A DNA stretch of 62,950 bases, filler included, from Chrysochromulina tobinii (lineage: Eukaryota), in NCBI GenBank assembly GCA_001275005.1. It is 5 parts of 5 records of this genome, joined end to end, with 100 filler letters (N's around TTAATTAATTAA, not from the genome) between each part and the next. Parts side by side here need not be neighbours in the genome. Positions count along the whole stretch, not along the records: positions 18,580 to 29,851 come from JWZX01001321.1; positions 29,952 to 53,196 come from JWZX01001323.1; 3 more parts are not named here. One strand, given 5' to 3'. Position numbers and translations under genes: made by a program. Positions 23,370 through 33,900 of the stretch are shown here, piece after piece. Under the pieces are notes generated by a model that worked only from the letters and a program-made list of their open reading frames with translations, made no database searches and had not been told where the DNA came from. The first letter of the stretch is position 1; each line of letters starts with the position of its first letter.

Positions 23370-23775
23370 GTTGTTTTTGGCAGCAGCGAGCACGTTGCCA
23401 AGCTCACAGGCAGCGTGGGCATCGGCCACGTGCGCTACCCGACTGCAGGCAGCTCACTAACCTCGCCCTTTGGCATCGTGCTCGCGAACAACGGCAACCT
23501 GGTGAACTGAACAGAGCACAATGCAGAGATGGTCGCCGAGTGGCGGCATCTCAACACCGGCTCCGAATCGGAGGTTCTTCTCAACATCTTCGCCGCCGCG
23601 GTTCATGACAGCGTGAGCTTGAGGTCTTCCTCGCCATAAGTGGCCGGGGCGCTGCCGTGCTGCAACGATGCAGACGTGCTCGCGGCGGTGCGCAACATGA
23701 TGCGCCGCTGCATAGGCGGGTACGCGGTTGTGACGCTGATCGTCGGCACGGGCCTCGCGTTTTCCTCGTGACCGT
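23370..23775 (+). pseudogene. purF: Amidophosphoribosyltransferase (PurF) internal fragment
   Basis: [35 protein letters not shown]...RHLNTGSESEVLLNIFA...VLAAVRNMMRRCIGGYAVVTLIVGTGL; in-frame TGA and loss of the EAQPF segment. Confidence 0.85.
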
Positions 23776-23935
23776 TTATCATTCATGTTAATACACACAA
23801 CACGTTCACGACGCTCCGCCTAGCTACCCCCGACGCTCAAAGACCCCCACCCAAAAACCCGGCGCGTTCCGGGGCGCCGCGCGGGCCTCGAAACGCGCCG
23901 TCCTGGGCTCGATCATCAGACTGAGGGGCGCTCAC

Positions 23936-24778
23936 ATGCATGCGTCCCAGTTTACTCCAGTGATGCTCGTGCCGTCTGCCGGCGTGGCGCCGCTGCGACT
24001 CTCAAGCAAGCCGGACTCGATGCTCATCTTCGGCCGCGACGCCGATCCCCAAGCGCCGACGGCGATCGGCGTGCGCAGCATGCAAATCTCCCGCCAGCAA
24101 GGCCAACTGCGCCGTCTAGCTGATGGCACCGTCGAGTGCACGCAAGTTGGGTCTGGCCTGATGCGTTGCAACGCAGGATACTTCCAGCGTGGCGAAGTTC
24201 GACAGCTCACAGTCGGTGATGTGTTGGAGCTCCTCGAGAACAACACATGCCCTGACAGCAAGGGCAAGGTGAGGAAGGTCGTCGTCGCGAGCTGGAGCGT
24301 CGTTGAGCCGCCAACCGAGACCCCACCCGCTGAGCTTCCTGCCGCAGCGCCTCCAGTCACGCCAGAAGCCACAGCCGCCTCTGCTCAGCCGCCACAGCCG
24401 CCGCCGCCGTCGCCGCCGCTGCCGAGCAAACAAGACCACCGCGACAGACCACCTCCGCACTCGGCGCCGATGGCCAAGCGAGTTCGCCTCGGCCCCCTCC
24501 CGCCAGCCGCAGATGCACAGCTATGGGTGGCGCTAAAAGACGCCGCACTCAACGACCTCATCAACACGAAGACCGAGCTGGCCAACACGCAGGCGATCAT
24601 GCAACGACAGAAATCCATCATCCTACAGCAGATAAGCACCATCGACGCGTTCAAGAACATGATGAAATCGGGCCAAGGCGCAAAAGCCCTCATGAGCCTC
24701 GTCGAGCTCGTGCAGACTGTCACGCCCGACGTCTTCGCATCGATCGCGCGCGTTGTTGCCATGCGCCTCGGCACCTAG
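23936..24778 (+). CDS. FHA-domain protein (aprataxin/PNKP-like FHA) with Pro-rich linker and short coiled coil
   Basis: LIFGRD...QISRQQGQL...LTVGDVLELL. Confidence 0.6.
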   Translation: MHASQFTPVMLVPSAGVAPLRLSSKPDSMLIFGRDADPQAPTAIGVRSMQISRQQGQLRRLADGTVECTQVGSGLMRCNAGYFQRGEVRQLTVGDVLELLENNTCPDSKGKVRKVVVASWSVVEPPTETPPAELPAAAPPVTPEATAASAQPPQPPPPSPPLPSKQDHRDRPPPHSAPMAKRVRLGPLPPAADAQLWVALKDAALNDLINTKTELANTQAIMQRQKSIILQQISTIDAFKNMMKSGQGAKALMSLVELVQTVTPDVFASIARVVAMRLGT

Positions 24779-24780
24779 AG

Positions 24781-24871
24781 CCGCAGGCGTTGATCCGCAG
24801 GCGTTGATCCGCAGGCGTTGATCCACAGGCGTTGATCCGCAGGCGTTGATCCGCAGGCGTTGATCCGCAGG
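24781..24871. repeat. 14-mer minisatellite CCGCAGGCGTTGAT x6.5
   Basis: Near-perfect tandem (one mismatch) starting 3 nt after the stop codon. Confidence 0.9.
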
Positions 24872-25438
24872 AGCGACAGAGCAGACGGAGCGCGACGGAG
24901 TGCAGAGGTACAGCGCAGTACTGAGTACAGCGCAGCGACAGAAGAGCGTGAGTGCGAGCGCTTCACCAGCAGATCGGTTCTGAGATCTTCGAAGGCTCCG
25001 AGCGGTGTGTGGCCTGTTCATGGTCTACTTGGCAGAGAGACATTTTCGATGCAGAACATTTAAGGGCACTCATGTACACCAAGCAACACTCTTCACGCAC
25101 CACCTGCGCCGGCATCTCGCTCGCCGCCGTGATCGGTGCGCGGGCGCTCCCCGTCGCACACGGGGCGAAAGCCAAAATATCTCACCCCACATGCACTATG
25201 GTGGAGGCACTATGGTGGAGGCATGAATAGCGAAACCAATGACTCGACAACATTCATTCTATTTGAATCGCCCTTATCCTACTTTCCTATCATAGCTAAT
25301 TTTCCACATCGCGAAGCGGCGGATTTCAGTGGAGGCAGCTGGAGGCCCGGATCCAACCCGGCCGCCGCCTTCGAGCGGCGCGGTGCTTGCTCTCATGTTG
25401 CCTACTCGCTCGAGCTGAGAGCGGCGGCCTGAACCGCC

Positions 25439-25830
25439 TCACAACAGGGCGTAGTCGTCGAGCTTGTCGCTGTACCGCATGATCGTGACCTTGATCTTCG
25501 ATGTGTCCACCCACTTGACGTAATCCTCCATCGTGCGGCTGACGAGGTAGCTCGAATCAGTGACGCTGTGCGGTCCGACTCGGATGTGGCCCTGCTCGAC
25601 GAGCGTGACGGCCTCTTTCATGGTCTCCGCCATCTTGAGCCGCACGAGCACGACGAGCAGCCGGCGGCGGCAAAGCGTCGACGCGGCAATCTTGTCGCAC
25701 GCGAGCAGCCGCTTCGCCTGGATGATACCGAGGCTGTATAGCTTGTCGAGCAGCACGTCGGTCGTCTCGAGGCGCACCGGGTCGCGCGCGTCCAGGTTCT
25801 TGAACTGTGTTGTCAGCTCCGTGATTTTCT
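25439..25830 (-). pseudogene. IMP3: 5'-truncated U3 snoRNP protein IMP3 (S4-domain) copy
   Basis: LDARDPVRLETTDVLLDKLYSLGII...STLCRRRLLVVLVRLKMAETMKEAVTLVEQGHIRVGP...YLVSRTMEDYVKWVDTSKIK...DDYALL*; no IMP3 N-terminus is seen upstream. Confidence 0.8.
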
Positions 25831-25987
25831 CGCGCGGAGCTCGAATGTGCGTGTTTTTGTCTGTGAAAGAGCGAAAAAAACGATTCGGGGCACGCGACGG
25901 AAATCCGGAAAGAAGCGCTGGATACGGTGTGCAGGGTGCGCAGTCCCCTCTGCAGCCCCCCCCACGTTCTCGGTCCGTGACAAAAAC

Positions 25988-28900
25988 ATGGCAAAGGCCC
26001 CTACCGATGAGGCGGCGCTGCACTTCCTCTCGGACCTCGAGCTGCTCGACACGGCCACTCCTGACGCGCGGTTGTGCCTCCAGTTCGGCCACAAGTATGC
26101 CGTCGGCCGCCGGCCGGAGGTGCCGCCTGCTGGCGCGACCGCCGTCTACGTGCGCACGAGCGTTGCGAGCCGCATGCACCTGCTCGTGTCGCAGCACCCG
26201 ACCGACCTGTGGCTCCAGGGTACGCCCGTCTGGGGCGTGACGGATCTCGGCAGCATGAACGGCACCTGGATCAACGGCTACCGCCTGCCCGCGCACACGT
26301 GGCGCGAGCTGCGCCATGATGACGTGATCAACATCGGCGAAAAGTCGGCGCTGCGCTGGCGCGTCGAGCAGCCGCTGCAGCCACCCGCGGCGTCACACGC
26401 GGCAGCCGCGGGAGCGGCCGCGGCGGCGGAGGCCGCACCTGCACCCGCGGCGTCCGCACCCGGCGCGGCCCTTATCCATGGTGAGGCGGCGGCGGCGGCC
26501 GCGCAAGCGCCGAGCAGCAGCGATGCGCGCTCTACCACGCTCGGCGACTGGGTCGAACCTCAGCCTGCTGCCTCGCATGCAATGGCTCCATACGGCGCGC
26601 AACGCACGGAGGCTCCCCAGAGCTTTGGCGACGACCCGAGGGAAGTGGCGATGCACGCGGCGGCGGCGGCCAAGGTGGCGGCGGTTCAGGCCGCGGATGC
26701 GGCCGCCGCGCTTGCGGCCGCCTCTGACGGCTCTGCGCACGCCGCCGCCGTAGTCGCCGCCGCCAACGCTGCGGCGGGCGCGGCGGCGGCCGCCGCCGAA
26801 AGTGCCCGACACGACGCCGAAAGTGCCGCGGCCTCCGCCTACACAGCCTCCGCCTACACGGCGGACGCCTACACAGCCGACGCCTACGCTGTCCAAACCG
26901 ACGACGACGGCGACGAGGACGCCGTGCTGCTGCTCGATGCGCCTCCGCCAGCCGGCTTCCCGCCGGCGTCCTTTGGCGACGCCCCGGGCGGGACGCCTGC
27001 CATGCCGACCACCGGCAGCGCTGGACGGTCCGCAGTGACCTCTCGAACGTCCGACGAGCTGCTGGCCGATCTCGCCAAATCGCTCGTGAGTGCGGGAGCG
27101 GCGGGTGATGGCATGCATCTGCTCGTCGGATGGAGCGCGAGATATGAGCTGCGCAAGGAGGGTAACTCAGCAGGCCAGCCGCAGTTGCTCTTCTTCGACC
27201 CCAGTGGGAAGAGGTTCGCTGATGGCCCTCCTAGTTACATACACGAAACTGCCCCGATCGCCTCCCTGATCGCCTCCCTGATGGCCTCCCTGATGGCCTA
27301 CCTGATGGCCTACCTGATGGCCTACCTGATGGCTTCTCTGAGTGCCTCCCTGATGGCCTCCCTGATGGCCTCCCTGATGACCTCTCTGATGACCTCTCTG
27401 ATGACCTGCCTGATGGCCTGCCTGATGGCCTGCCTTCACATTCACAGATACCGCACGCGGCCGGACGTTGCGCGCCATTTTGGGCTGCATGCGCCCGAGC
27501 GCACGCGACGCAAGAAGGAGGAGATCGCCGCCGAGGCCGCCGCGCGTGAGGCCCATTCGCAGTACGCTGAAGGGTTCTTTTCGCCCGCCGCCATCGCCGC
27601 CGCCACAGCCGCCACAGCCGCCACCGCCCCCGCCGCGACGGGAGTGTCTCCCGCCGCCCTTGCCGCTGTCTCCTTTGCCGCCTCGGGCATTTCGTCACCT
27701 TCGACGTCCCTGGCGGTGAGCGCTCTCAACGGCCTCGCAGCCGGCGCCGCGTTCACAGGATTCAATCCCGAGCTGCCGACCGTCTCCGGATTCCACGTGT
27801 CCTCAGAGTCGTCACAGTTCGGCTCAGGATCTGCGGAGCTGCCAACGGTCTCCGGATTTCCAAATCTGGAGCTCTCGACGGTCTGTGCTGCCGAGTCGTC
27901 CTCCACCGCCGACGCCTCGTTGCCAATCGCCTCCGCTGTACTGCTCCCGCCGGGTGCTCCACTGCCCTCGATGCCCTCCTCGGTGGCCTTTCCACAGGGC
28001 GCCGTCGTGGGCTTTCCACCGGGCGCTTTGCATCACTCGCCGGCCGCGGCGCCACCCGACGGCGGCGCGTCGACCAGTGCAGCGGCGCCCGCGACGGCGA
28101 CGACGGTGCGTGTCTTCGGGCTCGGGCTGCCCGAGTCGCTCGGCGTGCTCTTCATCAAGAAGAATCTCGCCACGACCCGTCCAGAGACGTTACGCAAGCA
28201 GCTGCTCCACGACCTCAAGGAAGTGATCGAGCTTGTGTACCCTCACGGCTTCCTCTTTCTCGTGGGGGGGGCGCCGCTCTACGCGGCGCAGGAGAAGAAG
28301 CTCAGCTCAATCCTCGTCCTACTGCACCCGCCCGATAACGTGCTGCACCTGCGCTCAGACCCTCTCGGAGTGGCCTCCGCGCAGCAGCACCTCTTAGCAC
28401 AGCAGCAGTTCACAGCGCACCTTCAGGCTGGCGTCTTCGGTGGCACCCTCGACGACCCCACAGTGCCGCTCCCCGCGGGTGCGGCGCTCGCGCCGCTGCC
28501 ACCGCCGCCGCCTATCGCAAGCAGCTCAATTCACACACCGACCGGGGGCGGGGCTGCCGCCGGCGCCGCCGCAGCCGCCGCGGCCGTTGCGGCCGCCGTT
28601 GCCGCTGGCGGCGGCGGCGGCAGTGCGTACTGCTTGGCATGCCGCGGTAAGCACCGCGCGCACACCTGTGGCAAGCCGCTGCGTAACTCGGCTGGCTCTG
28701 CCCAGCCGGCGGCCGCGGCTGCAGCGGCCAGGGCGGCGGCCGGCACACCGTCGGCCGGACTGCCTGAAGTATGGGCACTCGCTACCGACGACACGAGCAT
28801 GGCGGCCTCTGCTGCGGCCTTCGAAGGCAGCCACGGCGCGATGGCGGCTGCGATCGAGCTGCCGGCCGCGCACGAGACGGCGGGAGGCGCCCACGACGGC

Positions 28901-29131
28901 GGCGCGCCCGACGATTTGGATTCTGATGCGGTCGCCGAGTTGCACGCGCAGGAGGTCCTCGCTGCCGATGGTGCCCATGACAGCGCTCATGCGCACGCGC
29001 CGTCGTGGGCACCATCGGCGACCAGCGCGGGCGCCGTGTGGGCGCTCAAGAAACGTGGCCGGCCTGCGTTCGAGGACGCCCACGACGGCGCGAGCGTCAA
29101 GAGCAACAAATCCGTGCAGGAGCTGGATTGA
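25988..29131 (+). CDS. FHA + methyl-CpG-binding (MBD)-like + Cys/His knuckle protein; join(25988..27213,27448..29131)
   Basis: FHA: VGRR...ASRMH...DLGSMNGTWING. MBD rebuilt by splicing: GWSARYELRKEGNSAGQPQLLFFDPSGKR|YRTRPDVARHF. Knuckle: CLACRGKHRAHTC. Confidence 0.8.
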   Translation: MAKAPTDEAALHFLSDLELLDTATPDARLCLQFGHKYAVGRRPEVPPAGATAVYVRTSVASRMHLLVSQHPTDLWLQGTPVWGVTDLGSMNGTWINGYRLPAHTWRELRHDDVINIGEKSALRWRVEQPLQPPAASHAAAAGAAAAAEAAPAPAASAPGAALIHGEAAAAAAQAPSSSDARSTTLGDWVEPQPAASHAMAPYGAQRTEAPQSFGDDPREVAMHAAAAAKVAAVQAADAAAALAAASDGSAHAAAVVAAANAAAGAAAAAAESARHDAESAAASAYTASAYTADAYTADAYAVQTDDDGDEDAVLLLDAPPPAGFPPASFGDAPGGTPAMPTTGSAGRSAVTSRTSDELLADLAKSLVSAGAAGDGMHLLVGWSARYELRKEGNSAGQPQLLFFDPSGKRFADGPPSYIHETAPIASLIASLMASLMAYLMAYLMAYLMASLSASLMASLMASLMTSLMTSLMTCLMACLMACLHIHRYRTRPDVARHFGLHAPERTRRKKEEIAAEAAAREAHSQYAEGFFSPAAIAAATAATAATAPAATGVSPAALAAVSFAASGISSPSTSLAVSALNGLAAGAAFTGFNPELPTVSGFHVSSESSQFGSGSAELPTVSGFPNLELSTVCAAESSSTADASLPIASAVLLPPGAPLPSMPSSVAFPQGAVVGFPPGALHHSPAAAPPDGGASTSAAAPATATTVRVFGLGLPESLGVLFIKKNLATTRPETLRKQLLHDLKEVIELVYPHGFLFLVGGAPLYAAQEKKLSSILVLLHPPDNVLHLRSDPLGVASAQQHLLAQQQFTAHLQAGVFGGTLDDPTVPLPAGAALAPLPPPPPIASSSIHTPTGGGAAAGAAAAAAAVAAAVAAGGGGGSAYCLACRGKHRAHTCGKPLRNSAGSAQPAAAAAAARAAAGTPSAGLPEVWALATDDTSMAASAAAFEGSHGAMAAAIELPAAHETAGGAHDGGAPDDLDSDAVAELHAQEVLAADGAHDSAHAHAPSWAPSATSAGAVWALKKRGRPAFEDAHDGASVKSNKSVQELD
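27214..27447 (+). other. Repeat intron I (GT-AG, 234 nt, in-frame, stop-free)
   Basis: About 15 copies of a CCTGATGGCCT(C/A/G) 12-mer; ends CACATTCACAG; splits the MBD motif. Confidence 0.85.
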
Positions 29132-29851
29132 GACCGTTGGCGCTCGGAGCTGCGCGCGCCCTGCGCACGCCCCGCGCTCTGTGGGAACCTTCTGGGAACC
29201 TTCCACGACGGGTCGAGCGGGCGGGATTGGAGATGATCGGAGATCCGAGGAATCGATGGTGATGAAACGTCATCGCGTGCTGATTCGGCGACCCGCGCTG
29301 GAGCGCGCGCAACCCCAATCGTACATCAGTACATGCAGGTCAGGGCTTCTCGAGTTGAAGGCCCGGAAGGGGTCGCAGAAGTGCGTTAGAACTGTGCGAT
29401 CTCCAACGCTCTCGAGAGCGAGACGAGACGGGGCCGTCCAATTGGGGCCGTCCCCGGGTGGCGATCGGATGGCGCGTGACGGGGGTATTTTAACTCGAAT
29501 TTCTAGACCGGATTTGCAATTTCTGTATCCTTCTCCGCCGGTCACGCGGCATGCGAGATCTGGCATCTGCGTAAAACCGGCGGTTCGGCCTCACACGTCT
29601 CGATTAAGGGTTTCAGGCGAGGGCGGGGCGGGAGTTGACCGGCCCCGATCTACAAAACAGCCCCGCGGGGCTGACCATACCTCGAGACCTCTCGAGACAA
29701 TTGTGGCGGTAGGGCGCCCGCTATGCCAATGGAATTGTTCTCATGTGAGCAACCTCGCTTCACCACCCCTCAGCCATCGAACCGGCCACGCACCAGCCAC
29801 CAGGCGGGGCACCCGTCTGCGTCGTCCATGGCACAGGCTTGGGCGTGGACG

Positions 29852-29951
29852 NNNNNNNNNNNNNNNNNNNNNNNNNNNNNNNNNNNNNNNNNNNNTTAAT
29901 TAATTAANNNNNNNNNNNNNNNNNNNNNNNNNNNNNNNNNNNNNNNNNNNN
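29852..29951. other. Artificial contig linker
   Basis: N-run + TTAATTAATTAA + N-run. Confidence 0.98.
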
Positions 29952-30889
29952 GCTCCTCCACCGGCTCGTCCGCCATGGCAACCCTCGTCGCGAGCCTCGG
30001 CCAACGGAGCGCCGCTCTGGGCGCTCACGATGACGCGAGCCTAATTAGGATCGGCGAGCTCAAATGCGAGCGGCTTCCGTCGCTCTGCGAGCGCATGCGC
30101 GACTTTTGCCGCAGCGTCATCCTCTCCGACGGCGCCGCGGCGAGGAGCGAGTCGCGGATGAGGTACCTCGTCGAGCTGCGCGAGGTCGTGGTGACGAGAT
30201 CGATCGAGCTGCGGGCGATGACCGACAAGAAGGCGCGCCAGATGAAGCACAAGGCCGTAGTCGACCTGCTCAAGGGGCTGCAGGCGAGCGGCCTCTCATT
30301 CCACGCCTCCGCCCTCGACCCGCGCCTTGGCTCCATGTGCACCCTCTTTGCCGTGCCCGCGCACGCGCACTACGACGTCACGTCCGTCTTGAGCGGCTCG
30401 CTGCGTCTCGCCCAACACGGCGCGGCGGGAGCCGGCGCGGTGGGAGCGGCGGCCGCCGTTGAAGGGGACGGGGACGCCCAACACGCCGCGCCGGCGCCCA
30501 AGTCGGCGCTGTCCTCGGCGGCGCTCACGACGAGTGCGAGCGCCGTGACGGGCGCCGTGGCGGACGGCGACGCGCGCGCGGGGGCGCTCAGTACGGCGCT
30601 TGGCGCGCGCTGGAGCCACGAATGGTCACGGAGCGAGCAGCTGTACTTCCGTTGCCTCTTCCGGCTCACCCAGCTGCGCCGGAGCGCGGTGGGCGCGCAC
30701 CCCGATCTGAGCGGGCGGGAGATCAAGAAGGGCTCTGGGCTGCTCGAGCATAGCTTCTCGCTCGTCGTGCAGCAGAGAGAGGCCCTCAGTGGCGCCATCG
30801 ACCAGTTCGCTGTGCTCCAGTCCCAACTGGCGCTGCTCGAAGCTGTCGGGGCAGAGGGCAGCGAGAGCGGCGGAGGGGGCGGCGGCGGT

Positions 30890-30920
<31 letters not shown>

Positions 30921-33900
30921 CGGATGGTAGTGGCGGTGGTAGTGGCGGGAATGGTACGCCCAGATTTGCCGACGAGGGTGCCGGCACCTCGCCTGCCCAC
31001 GACGGCGCCTCGCCTGCCCACGTGCGACGCATGCATGAGCTCTGCGGCCAGGCGCTGCACGTGTGCGTCGAGACCCTCGCGCTCTTCGAATTGCATGCAT
31101 CGCTGCCGCCCGCTCAGGGAGGCGCCGCCTCGGGCGCCGCCTCGGGCCACACCTCGGGCCTCGCCGCGTCGCGCGTCGTATCGGTGCTTAGGCGCCTGGC
31201 GCGCACGTTACAGACGAGGCGAGCGCAGCTGCCGGAGCCTTCCGTGGGCGACGTGGGCGCGTTGCTCACGACGGCGCACGAGCGGGCGGCCATGGGCACG
31301 ATCTCGGAGGTTATCTCGCTGCTCTCGGAGCTCGGCGGTGCGGCAGCTCCCCTGAGCTCGGGCGAGATTGCGCATCTGGCGCCACTCGTGCGTGAGCTCG
31401 AGGCAATCTCGTCGCCTCCCCCCGCGGACTTGGCCGGGGCGACGATGGCGGCCGGGGCGACGATGGCGGGCGGGGCGACGATGGCGGGCGGGGCGGCGAT
31501 GGCTGATGGGGCGGCGGCGCTACCGCTGAGCGCTGCGAGCCTCGCCGCGCCGTCGTGGGCTCTCTCGGGGCTGCCCCCCGCGGATGAAGCGTGCCTGCAT
31601 TCGCTGGTCGACGCTGTCGAGCAGACGACCGTGCAGCTGCTGCTCGCGATGCAGGCGGTGCGTGGGCATTGCCTGCAGGCGGCGCTGGCGAGTGAGAAAG
31701 CGGAGGAGGAGCGAAAGGCACGCAAGCGGGAGCACAGGCAGGCGCGGCAGCGGGCGAAGCAGCAGGTGCGCCAATCCAAGACGGCGAATGCTGCGACCGG
31801 CGCGGACGAACCGGACGGACCTGCTGACCCGGCAGCGGGCGGCGAGGAGGAAGAGGAGGAGGAGGAGGAGGGGATGGAGGAGGGAGGGGCGGCTGAGGAG
31901 CAGATCCGCACACAGCACGAGTGGCTCCTGCAGCTTCTGAGCGCGGGTCGCCGCCCCCCAGATCAGCTCCAGCCTCGCCATGGTCCTCGAGCGCCTCGCG
32001 CACTTCTCCGAGCGCTGCGCCGAGCGCGCCTCGGGCTCGCAGGCGGCGGCCGTCCGTGCGGCGGTGGTGCGCGCGGTCGGAGAGGTCGGCCCTGCAGTGC
32101 GCCTGCACCTGAGCGCGCTGCGCTGGGCACTGCACCAGGCCCTCGGCTACCACGGCTCGCTCGTGCGGCTGCAGCTCGTGCTCTCGAATACGTTTGCCGA
32201 GCTGTTCGCCAAAGGCTTCTGCACGGTGAGGCCGGAGGACGAGGGCGGCGGCGACAAGGGGGGCCAAGGCGGTATGGAGGACGACGTGGAGGGGACTGGG
32301 ATGGGCGAAGGCGAAGGCAAGAAGGATGTGAGCGAGGAGCTGCAGGAGGAAGGGCAGATTGAGGGCGACTCGGCGGCGCAAAAGGAGGAGCAGGTGGATG
32401 GCGACGAGGCCGACGGCGGCAAGGACGAGCGGGCCAACGAGGACGAGGGCGTCGAGATGACGAACGAGTGGGACGGCGACATGAAGGACGTGGAGCAGCC
32501 TGACAAGGGGGAAGGCTCGGAGGACGAGGAGGGCGATGGAGACGAGGAGGAGAATATTGGCGAGCTGGACGAGCAGAACCAGGAGGTGGTGGACGAGCGG
32601 CTCTGGGATGAGAAGGAGGATGACCATCTGAAGCCACAGGGGGACGACAAGGTGGAGCAGGATGCGGCGGTGGAGCCGGGCGGTGATGTGCAGATGGAGG
32701 CCAAGGAGGAGGAGGAAGAGGAGGGCAAGCCCAAGAAGAAGCAGAAGAAGGACAAGGAGCAGGCGCAGGCGGAGACGGAGCCCGAGCCGAAGAAAGGAGA
32801 CGAGGAGGAGGAGGAGGACGGTGGCGATGGAGAGGGCAAGGACGAGGAGGACGAGGGGGAGGGGGAGGAGGACGGGGCGGGCGTGAAGCCCGAGACAGAG
32901 TACGAGGACAATACGTTCAAGAAGCCCGAAAAGGAGAAGGCGGAGCCCGAAGCGGATGAGCAGATGCCGGACGAGCTCCCTGATGGGATGGATGGCGACG
33001 AGGACGGCGCTGAGGGCGAGGACCCGAGAGAGGAGGAAGGCGAGGAGGCGGCGGGTGCGGACGAGGACGATGCGAACCCGGCCGACGGCGGCGAGTTGAA
33101 AGACGGCGAGCAGGGCGATCTCGAGGAGGTCGGTAAGGAGGGCGAGGACAAGGAGGGCGAGGAGGAGGAGACTCCAACTAAGGACGACGACGAGGCGGCG
33201 GCGGCAGCGGCGGCGGCGGCGGCGCTCGACGAGAAGGAGGCGGCGGAGGACGAGCCCGGGGAGGCGGAGGGCGCCGGCCAGGCGCAGGAGGACGAGGGCG
33301 AGGAGGAGGGCGGCGAGGGCGGCGAGGAGGGCGGCGAGGAGGAGGGCGAGGAGAGCGAGGACGACGAGCCCGAGAATGTGGTGGCACGAAAGCAGTATGA
33401 GACTCAGATGAACTTTGACATGGGCGAGGGCAAGCACGCAGCGTCCGCGGCGGCCGCCGCTGAGGACGAGCAGCCCAAGCAAGAGGATTCGAAGGCGGCG
33501 CAGCCAGAGAGCGCCGCCGATGCGTCTGAGGGTGCGCGCCGTTCGAACCAGACCCGGGCGACGGGTGGCGAAGGCGAGGGCCTCGAGTACATGCCCGATG
33601 CGAGCCGCCAGCCCGACGCGCCGCCGCCGCCGCCGCCGCCGCCCCGGCGGAAGCCCGAGCAGCCGAACCCGTACCGCGCTCTGGACGATGCGCTCGAGTA
33701 CTGGCACCGGCGCCTCCAGATGGTCGAGAGGGAAGAGGAGGCAGCGCCGTCCGAGGAGGACGCTGAGGCGGCCAGGGCGGCGGAGACCAACGATCCAACC
33801 CCACCGGCTCCCGAAGGCGGCGAGTATGAGTTAGCCGCGGAGCACGAGGCGTCTGACAGCCAAGGGCTCGCAGACGCGAGCAAGGAGCAGCTCGAGGCGG

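Noticed and set aside
29330..29851. Possible transposon remnant in AT-richer intergenic DNA (also 9570-10240 and 43330-43530)
   Set aside because: No TIR, target duplication or transposase/RT motif could be identified by eye; no autonomous element for the intron family was found in the window.
31940..31980. Programmed frameshift or micro-intron in MDN1
   Set aside because: The only short GT-AG (15 nt) would not change frame; a one-base error in the C-run is more likely in this essential gene.
31311..33707. Long antisense ORFs (e.g. 798 aa opposite MDN1; also 16310..18145 and 5350..6426)
   Set aside because: Shadow ORFs caused by high GC and codon bias of the real gene on the opposite strand.
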